From an archaeon (GTDB lineage Archaea > Micrarchaeota > Micrarchaeia > Norongarragalinales > UBA97): a stretch of 64,000 nt of DNA. Location of the stretch: NCBI GenBank assembly GCA_020057405.1, contig JAGVFW010000014.1:46852-110851 (forward strand). The letters are read 5' to 3'. A program made the position numbers and the translations under genes. This document shows positions 57,288-64,000 of the stretch, piece by piece. The notes beneath the pieces were generated by a model. That model saw only the letters and a list, made by a program, of their open reading frames with translations. It was not told the origin of the DNA and did no database searches. Position 1 is the stretch's first letter. Each line of letters starts with the position of its first letter.

Positions 57288-59332
57288 GCACGTATCACCT
57301 CTGCAACCTCAACTTTAGGAACATAGCCGATTTCGGAATCGCAAGTGGGGCAGTACTCGTGCTCGCCTGACAGGTAGCCGTGCTTGGGGCACACGCTGAA
57401 AGTTGGCGTCAGCGTGTAGTACGGCAGACGATAGTTTTCAGCAATTGACTTTACCAACTTCTTTGTCGAGCGCGCATCAGGCATGCGTTCGCCCAAAAAC
57501 GCGTGGAGCACGGTGCCGCCAGTGTAGAGCGCCTGCAGGTCGTCCTGATGGTCGAGTGCGGCATAGACGTCATCAGTGTGGCCAACCGGCAGGTGCGACG
57601 AGTTGGTGTAGTAGGGCGCGGCTTTTCGGTCCCGCCAGGCAGCTTCGTTTGCAACCTTGATTGCGGGGTAGGCGGCCTTGTCGGCCTTGGCAAAGCGGTA
57701 GGTAGTGCCCTCGCCGGGAGTTGCCTCAAGGTTGTAGATGCGGCCCGTCTCGACTTGGTATTCGGCAATCCTGTCGCGCATGTGAGTAAGTACCTTGATT
57801 GCGAACGCGCGGCCTTCGGGAGTGGCGATGCCGCCGCCCAAGAAGTTTTCAAGCGCTTCGTTCATGCCAAGGAGGCCAATTGTGGAAAAGTGGTTTTCCC
57901 AGTAGCTTCCGTAGGCTTCCTTGATGTGGCGAAGGTAGTGCTTTGAGTACGGGTAGAGGTTGTTTTCAGTAAACTTCTCTAGCACTGTTCGCTTGATTTG
58001 CAGGCTGTCGCGGGCAACGTCCATCAGCCTGTCGAGGCGTTCGAAGAAAGCCGACTCTTCTTTTGCAAGAAAGCCTATGCGCGGCAAGTTGATTGTCACT
58101 ACCCCGATGCTGCCCGTTAGGGGATTGGCGCCAAAGAGGCCGCCGCCCTTCTTGCGGAGCTCGCGGTTGTCGAGGCGCAAGCGGCAGCACATGGAACGGG
58201 CGTCTTCGGGACTCATGTCGCTGTTGATGAAGTTGGAGAAGTAGGGCAACCCATAGCGGGCAGTCATTTCGAAAATCTTGTCGCTTACGGGCGAGTCCCA
58301 GTCAAAGTCCTTGGTGACGTTGTAGGTGGGAATGGGGAAGGAGAAAATCCTGCCTTTTGCATCACCCGACATCATCACTTCGGCAAAAGCTTCGTTGAAC
58401 ATGTCCATTTCTGGCCCGAAGTCACCGAGTGTCTCCTGCTGCTCGACTCCGCCGATGACGACATTCTCGTTTGCAAGCATTTTTGGCACGTTTAAGTCGA
58501 GGGTGACGTTGGTGAATGGCGTCTGGAAGCCAACTCGAGTTGGGACGTTGATGTTGAAGACGAATTCCTGGAGCGCCTGCTTTACTTCCTGGTAGTTGAG
58601 CTTGTCGTAGCGGATGAAGGGCGCCAGGTAAGTGTCGAAGTTGGAGAACGCCTGCGCGCCGGCTGCTTCGCCTTGCATGGTGTAGAAGAAGTTTACCGTC
58701 TGGCCGAGCGCAACCCTAAAGTGCTTGGGGGGCCTGCTTTCAACCTTGCCGCTAACGCCGCCAAAGCCGTTGACTACCAGATCGCGGAGTTCCCAGCCGC
58801 AGCAGTAGACTGAAAGAAGGCCTAAGTCGTGCAAGTGCAGGTCGGCATTGTCGTGCGCCTGGCGCACTTCAGTCGGGTAGAGGCGGTTGAGCCAAAAGCG
58901 GGAGACTACGGCAGAGGAAATGTGGTTGTTGAGGCCCTGCAAAGAGTAGGTCATGTTTGAGTTCTCGCGCACGCGCCAGTCGCTTTGCGCCAAGTAGTCG
59001 TCAACGAGCTTTTCCGCCCCGTCTAGGGCATCGCGCAGGTCGCGGATGCGCGCGTGGCTGTCGCGGTAGAGGATAAACGCCTTTGCAGTGCGCGCGTGTC
59101 CCCGCTCGACTAGAGCTTTTTCAACTAAATCCTGCACGTGCTCGACTGTTGGGACAACTCCATCAGGCTCAATTGAGAGGAGCCCTACCACCTCGTCGGC
59201 AACCAGCTCGGCCTCGGCATAATCGCTTCCGCCAACAGCCCGGGCGGCCTTGAAAACGGCGTTCGCAATGCGGGCCTTGTCAAATGGCACGGTCCGTCCG
59301 TTGCGTTTTTTGATGGATAATGGTGTAGGCAT
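57284..59332 (-). CDS. nrdD: Class III ribonucleoside-triphosphate reductase, lacking the C-terminal Gly-radical segment
   Basis: ATP cone, RENSN, HLHDL, YCCGW, SMCCRL, EATPGEG, YTGGT, C-terminal CPKH...CPTC, then stop. Confidence 0.95.
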   Translation of the reverse strand: MPTPLSIKKRNGRTVPFDKARIANAVFKAARAVGGSDYAEAELVADEVVGLLSIEPDGVVPTVEHVQDLVEKALVERGHARTAKAFILYRDSHARIRDLRDALDGAEKLVDDYLAQSDWRVRENSNMTYSLQGLNNHISSAVVSRFWLNRLYPTEVRQAHDNADLHLHDLGLLSVYCCGWELRDLVVNGFGGVSGKVESRPPKHFRVALGQTVNFFYTMQGEAAGAQAFSNFDTYLAPFIRYDKLNYQEVKQALQEFVFNINVPTRVGFQTPFTNVTLDLNVPKMLANENVVIGGVEQQETLGDFGPEMDMFNEAFAEVMMSGDAKGRIFSFPIPTYNVTKDFDWDSPVSDKIFEMTARYGLPYFSNFINSDMSPEDARSMCCRLRLDNRELRKKGGGLFGANPLTGSIGVVTINLPRIGFLAKEESAFFERLDRLMDVARDSLQIKRTVLEKFTENNLYPYSKHYLRHIKEAYGSYWENHFSTIGLLGMNEALENFLGGGIATPEGRAFAIKVLTHMRDRIAEYQVETGRIYNLEATPGEGTTYRFAKADKAAYPAIKVANEAAWRDRKAAPYYTNSSHLPVGHTDDVYAALDHQDDLQALYTGGTVLHAFLGERMPDARSTKKLVKSIAENYRLPYYTLTPTFSVCPKHGYLSGEHEYCPTCDSEIGYVPKVEVAEVIRA

Positions 59333-59524
59333 AGGAAAAATCCCCTCCGAAAAAACAAAGCTCATGGTTGTTAGCGCCCAACTTAAAAAGAACGGGCTGT
59401 CCTCAAGGATACCCGGCAGGTTTTCGAGGATTTTTGACGGCAATTGACGGAAAAAGAGGGCGGAAATTGACAGTTGGCGATGGAATGGAGGGGTTTGGGG
59501 GGTAAGGGCGGACCCGAGAGAAAT

Positions 59525-60226
59525 CTAGGGCCTTAGGAGGAAGTGCATTGCCTGGGGCTTGAATTCGCGTGGCCTTCGTTTCGGCCTGAACAGTTTGGCG
59601 CCGTTGCCAATAAGTTGCATTTGATTGCCTCGGATTCTGAGCATCGCTCCTTCGCGCAGGCCGAGTACGGGCGTCGGGTTGAGGTCATGGTATTGCTTGA
59701 TTCTTTGTTCGCGGGTTTCTCCCTGATGCCGGGAGTTTGGCTCCGGCTCGATGTAGTGCGGGTTTATTTGAAAAGGAATTACTCCCAGCGCGTCAAGGGT
59801 TCTTACAGGCACGATGGGCATGTCGTTTGTCGTGGAAATCGTGGGGCTTGCGATGTTTACCCCGGCGCTTGATCCAAGGTAAGGGATTCCGCGCCTAATG
59901 CTTTGCCTTAATTCCGGCAAAACGCCTTTTCTCTGGAGCTCGTTAAGTAAAAGGAAAGTGTTTCCGCCGCCGACAAAAATAGCTTGAGCCTCGCGAACTG
60001 CCTTTTTTGGATTTCCGGCTTCATGCAAAGACTCTACTTCAATGCCTAGTCTCTCAAAACGGTCCCTCACCCTCTTCGAATACGCGTCGGGGTCGGTGCC
60101 CGCGTAAGGAACGAACAACACCTCCCTAACGCCGGCAAACAACTCACGTATTTGCTCCTCGCAATGATCCAAGTAACCCGAGCCAAAATTAACGGAATTG
60201 CTTACGAGCAGCATGTTGCGGGCCAT
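59525..60226 (-). CDS. pepE: Dipeptidase E (S51)
   Basis: VGGGNTF, GSSAG, TTNDMPI, QINPHY and HQGETREQRI motifs. Confidence 0.93.
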   Translation of the reverse strand: MARNMLLVSNSVNFGSGYLDHCEEQIRELFAGVREVLFVPYAGTDPDAYSKRVRDRFERLGIEVESLHEAGNPKKAVREAQAIFVGGGNTFLLLNELQRKGVLPELRQSIRRGIPYLGSSAGVNIASPTISTTNDMPIVPVRTLDALGVIPFQINPHYIEPEPNSRHQGETREQRIKQYHDLNPTPVLGLREGAMLRIRGNQMQLIGNGAKLFRPKRRPREFKPQAMHFLLRP

Positions 60227-60359
60227 ACTCCAATTAACTAAAGCGGGGATTAAAAAGCCTATCCAAAATTACGCCCTTCATTTAGCGCCTCAAGCTAGTT
60301 AGGCGCGGGCCTAAGCATTCCCGCAGCTTAAATAGTTTGGCTGGAGTTGAATTGTTCAG

Positions 60360-62972
60360 GTGGTTTCAATGAAGCGCGGTTTTCCTGTTTTCGGTGCACT
60401 TGCCATTGTTGCAGTAATGCTGATTGCCTTAGTTGCCATTCCCTCATTTACGGGAACTACGGCAACGCCCACTCCTACTGTTGGGCCAAGCCCGTTTCCA
60501 CAAAACAGCGCTCCCCCAACGGGCGACTTGAAGAGCTTCTCTTCTTTTGACGAAATCAATTCATTCCTAAGCTCAGCGGCAAGCGGCCGCAATTACGGCA
60601 ATAACAAGATGTTTCGCGGCGGAACGCAAGGCATGCCGCTGGCCGAAGCTACAATGGACTCAAGCGGCGCCACTTCAGGCGGCGCGGGCGCTCCCCCCGA
60701 GTATTCGGGCACTAACGTGCAGGTAGCAGGTGTTGACGAAGCAGACATCCTGAAGACCGACGGCACATACTTTTACACCATCACGCAAGGCAAGATTGTC
60801 ATCCTAAAGGCGTATCCCGCAACTGACGCTGCAGTTGTTGCCACAATTGACAAGACCACCCTCTCGTCAACTGACAGCACCACTTACTCACAAATTTTCA
60901 TTAACGGCAACACTCTTGTCGCATTCGGCACAAGCCAGTACAACTGGCAGCCCGTCATTGACGAGATCGTTACCCCAATACCCGAACCTACTCCAGTTCC
61001 AACCGCAGAAGTGACGCCCTTTGTTACAGTCGAGCCTACGCCTGTTGCAACTGCTGATGCGACGCCAGTGGCCACGATTGAACCCACGCCAGTAAGCGAG
61101 GCAACCGCAACGCCCACTGACGGCACCGAGCCTTCTGCCAAGATTGATGGAGACATTGCAGTCGGCGCAACTGGCAGGATGATTGCACCCGGCTATTACC
61201 CGTACTGGGGCGGCTCGCAAGTAATTGACGTCTACGATGTAAGCGACAAGACCAAGCCCAAGCTGCTCAAGAGCATTGACATCAAGGGCAACATTGTTGC
61301 TGCGCGCATGATTGGCAACAAAGTATACGGCATTTACAACGACTACGCCTACTCCGGCCTCCCTATGCCGCTTTACGCAGTTGACGGTGCTGTTGCAAAA
61401 GTAATGCCAAGCGAAATCGCTTATGTCGACTACCCGTTTGACAGCTACTCGTTTACAACCGTGCTCGGCCTTGACTTGAGCGATTTGCAGAAGAGTGAAT
61501 CGCGCAAGATTGTGCTGACCGGCGGTGCGTCAACAGTCTTTGTCTCAAAGGACAACGCTTATGTCACCTACACGCAATACGCCCGATGGAGCCCAGTGTG
61601 GCAGGCTTACGACGAGGCCTTGTCCGGCATTTACACTGACGAGACGCGCGCGAAACTCCAGGCAATTAGCCTAAGCGATGCAAGCGACTGGAGGAAGGAC
61701 AACTTGCGCGTGCAAGTTGCATCAGAGTTCCTAAGCGCTGACGTGTCGGAGAAAGAGTCTGCAGAACTGTGGGGCAAGATTTACGAGCGCGAGCAGCAAA
61801 TCCGTGGTTCTATAGTAAACACTGAGATGACGCAAATCCACAAATTCACTCTAGGCGAGCCAGTGACTTATGCAGGCAAGGGCGAAGTGCCCGGCAGTGT
61901 CATCAACCAGTTCGCGATGGACGAGTCTGACGGCTACTTCCGCATTGCGACAACCACGCAAGCCGTGTGGCCCGCTTACCCAATGCCCATCCGCGGCGGG
62001 GGTGGCGGCGTTGCTGTTGGCGGCGGCTTTGCAGATGCAGGCGGCGTGCCTCCAGCAATTGAGGTAACACAAGAAACTGCTGTTGAGCCCGAGCAAGGCA
62101 TTGCAGTTGGCGAGCCCAATGGCGGCATTCCCGACCGGTTTGAGCAGCCCAAGCCCACCGTCCCGCAGCTTAACCACGTTTTCGTCCTTGACGGCAACCT
62201 CAAGGTAGTTGGCAAGCTCACTGACTTGGCACCCGGCGAGAGCATTTACTCGGTGCGTTTCATGGGCAAGCGCGCCTACCTCGTGACTTTCAAGCAGCTT
62301 GACCCGCTCTTCGTCATTGGCTTTGACAACCCGACGAGCCCGCAGTTACTCGGCAAGCTCAAGATACCAGGGTATTCGAATTACTTGCACCCCGTTGACG
62401 AGACGCACTTGATTGGCTTTGGCAAGGACGCCATTCCGCTAAAAGAGAGCGACTCGGCGTTCCCCCTTGGGCTCAAGCTCTCGCTTTTCGACGTGAGCGA
62501 TGTTGCCAACCCAGTTGAGATGGCGACTTACGCAATCGGCGATGCGGGCAGCGAAAGCTACGCGCTGCAGGATTCCCACGCGTTTTTATACAACCCCAAG
62601 ACTGGCCTTCTGGTAATTCCGGTGCTCTTGGCCGAGCTTGACAAGAACAAGTACCCGAAGCCCGAAGTCCACGTTTACGGCGACTTCAAGTTCCAGGGCG
62701 CTTACGTCTTCAACGTTGGCCTTGACACTGGCTTTACGCTTAGGGGCCGCGTTGGTCACGGCGACCCTGAAGCTTTCACGAAGTCGGGCTGGAACTACTG
62801 GGGAAGCGGCACCGAAGTGATGCGCAGTGCATATATTGGCGAGGTACTCTACACGTTCTCGCAAAGCAAGATGAAGGCAAACGCCCTAAGCGACCTTAAG
62901 GAGCTCGCGGCTGTGAAGCTGCCCTTCACTGAACCGCTGTATTACGGCGGTGGCGACGTTCGCATTGAGTAA
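60360..62972 (+). CDS. Secreted beta-propeller domain protein with Pro/Thr-rich insertions
   Basis: Signal anchor, YSGTNVQVAGVDEADILKTDG, NQFAMDE, GESIYSVRF, LVTFKQLDPLFVI and LKIPGYSNYLHP. Confidence 0.88.
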   Translation: MVSMKRGFPVFGALAIVAVMLIALVAIPSFTGTTATPTPTVGPSPFPQNSAPPTGDLKSFSSFDEINSFLSSAASGRNYGNNKMFRGGTQGMPLAEATMDSSGATSGGAGAPPEYSGTNVQVAGVDEADILKTDGTYFYTITQGKIVILKAYPATDAAVVATIDKTTLSSTDSTTYSQIFINGNTLVAFGTSQYNWQPVIDEIVTPIPEPTPVPTAEVTPFVTVEPTPVATADATPVATIEPTPVSEATATPTDGTEPSAKIDGDIAVGATGRMIAPGYYPYWGGSQVIDVYDVSDKTKPKLLKSIDIKGNIVAARMIGNKVYGIYNDYAYSGLPMPLYAVDGAVAKVMPSEIAYVDYPFDSYSFTTVLGLDLSDLQKSESRKIVLTGGASTVFVSKDNAYVTYTQYARWSPVWQAYDEALSGIYTDETRAKLQAISLSDASDWRKDNLRVQVASEFLSADVSEKESAELWGKIYEREQQIRGSIVNTEMTQIHKFTLGEPVTYAGKGEVPGSVINQFAMDESDGYFRIATTTQAVWPAYPMPIRGGGGGVAVGGGFADAGGVPPAIEVTQETAVEPEQGIAVGEPNGGIPDRFEQPKPTVPQLNHVFVLDGNLKVVGKLTDLAPGESIYSVRFMGKRAYLVTFKQLDPLFVIGFDNPTSPQLLGKLKIPGYSNYLHPVDETHLIGFGKDAIPLKESDSAFPLGLKLSLFDVSDVANPVEMATYAIGDAGSESYALQDSHAFLYNPKTGLLVIPVLLAELDKNKYPKPEVHVYGDFKFQGAYVFNVGLDTGFTLRGRVGHGDPEAFTKSGWNYWGSGTEVMRSAYIGEVLYTFSQSKMKANALSDLKELAAVKLPFTEPLYYGGGDVRIE

Positions 62973-63001
62973 ATGATGGTGGGGGGGGTGCGCTAAACCA
63001 A

Positions 63002-63727
63002 ATGGATGACATAACTGTTGACAGGAAGACTCTCAAGGCCCTAGCGACAGACACGCGCATCACCATCCTCAAGAAGCTTGGCACCAGGCGCATGACGCAA
63101 GCGGAACTCGCGCAATCCATCGGCATCAGCGCGCCTTCGGTTAGCGAGCATGTGCGCAGCCTGCAGGAAGCCGACCTGATTACAACTATTGACGACGGGC
63201 GAAAGTGGAAGTACTTCGAGCTTACGCAAAAAGGCAGCGCCATCATCAAGCCGTCTAACGCACGAGTTTGGTTCATGCTCGCGATAAGCTTGCTTGCGCT
63301 CTCGGTTGCAAGCTTCGGGCTTTTCAACAAACTCTCGATGCCAATTGAGTTCGGCAACCAGTTTGCCGCGGCCGGAATTGGGCAGGAAGGCTCAGTGTTG
63401 GCAGCCCGGCAAAGCAACGAAGCGTTGGGGGCAATGAACTTGCCAGCTGATGACAAGTCACTGGCGGCGGCCCAAGGCAACGGCGCAGCCATTCCCGCCG
63501 GGGATGGAGCTGGAAACGCAGCTATCGGGAACGCTCAAGCGCCACCCGCACCGCCTGGGGAAATTGCGGCAGAGCAGCAGTCGGCTGCTTCAACTACCGG
63601 AGCACAACCCCAGTTTGCCTCGCTTTCGCTCCTTAATGCCATGCCCATAGCAGAGACAGTCGCAGTGCTTGCAAGCGTGCTCGCAGTCGGCTTTGCCCTT
63701 GGTCTCATGTCACGCGAGCGCGAGTAG
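63002..63727 (+). CDS. ArsR-type HTH protein with two TM segments
   Basis: LKALATDTRITILKKL...GRKWKYFELT, then TM, a low-complexity loop and a C-terminal TM. Confidence 0.8.
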   Translation: MDDITVDRKTLKALATDTRITILKKLGTRRMTQAELAQSIGISAPSVSEHVRSLQEADLITTIDDGRKWKYFELTQKGSAIIKPSNARVWFMLAISLLALSVASFGLFNKLSMPIEFGNQFAAAGIGQEGSVLAARQSNEALGAMNLPADDKSLAAAQGNGAAIPAGDGAGNAAIGNAQAPPAPPGEIAAEQQSAASTTGAQPQFASLSLLNAMPIAETVAVLASVLAVGFALGLMSRERE

Positions 63728-63909
63728 CAGATAAATACTTCGAGAATCAAGTGAAATGCATGGAAGTTAGTCTTGCCGGCCGGATACCTGGTTTCGAGAA
63801 GGGTGAATTCAGGCACGAGGGTAAAATCACGCTTTACAGAAAAACGCACGTCATCGTCATGGGACGCTTCGAAAACGGGGATCACCGCTTCTCGATAATC
63901 GATAAATAT

Positions 63910-64000
63910 CTGAGGCCTAAAGGCCTCAGTTTTCTTAGTATGCCGCCAGCTTGCGCTGGCGGGGATCGTTATCCTCGCGCACGTAGCGCGAGACTGTTTC
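63910..64000 (-). mobile_element. Probable right end of an IS200/IS605-family element (TnpA C-terminus plus hairpin)
   Basis: Minus-strand frame ETVSRYVREDNDPRQRKLAAY* (stop at 63935-37) resembles the TnpA catalytic-Tyr helix; followed by hairpin CTGAGGCCT-AA-AGGCCTCAG (63910-63929). Confidence 0.45.

Noticed and set aside
59400-59480. TTGACGG/TTGACAG repeats upstream of nrdD
   Set aside because: Short and irregularly spaced; no recognisable NrdR box
1-64000. tRNA/rRNA genes, integrase or provirus
   Set aside because: No cloverleaf, rRNA-like tract, recombinase or viral structural gene was recognised by eye

Overview
Archaeal chromosomal segment, based on PolD subunits DP1 and DP2, Nop5, a UPF0147 protein, PurP paralogs and a histone-fold protein. 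The compact gene style and many ORFans suggest a DPANN lineage such as Micrarchaeota; this is inference. It has four parts. (1) 1-19 kb, core genes: a secreted Kazal/LamG/glycoside-hydrolase protein, lrp-glnA, folC, a DP1-IMPase-NUDIX-DP2 run, a 56-aa histone missed by the ORF track, glyS, and a Nop5 with a ~340-aa RPRPSYGD-repeat N-terminus. (2) 19.4-31.4 kb, a defence island, AT-rich in its left part: a nuclease + DUF262-like + HEPN trio, an MvaI/BcnI-type R-M system, HNH and PD-(D/E)xK nucleases and three TA pairs. It is punctuated by a repeated motif, (C/G)C(C/T)GGCAA-N16-TTA(A/T)A. (3) 33-54 kb, a near-complete folate-dependent de novo purine cluster with a structured leader and an intervening IS630. 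(4) 54-64 kb: regulators, a class III RNR whose glycyl-radical segment is a separate 57-aa gene, pepE, surface proteins and a probable IS200 end. The strongest novelty candidates are the IDR-Nop5, the split NrdD, the island-wide motif and the nuclease-DUF262-HEPN cassette. All calls come from motif recognition by eye; no searches were run.
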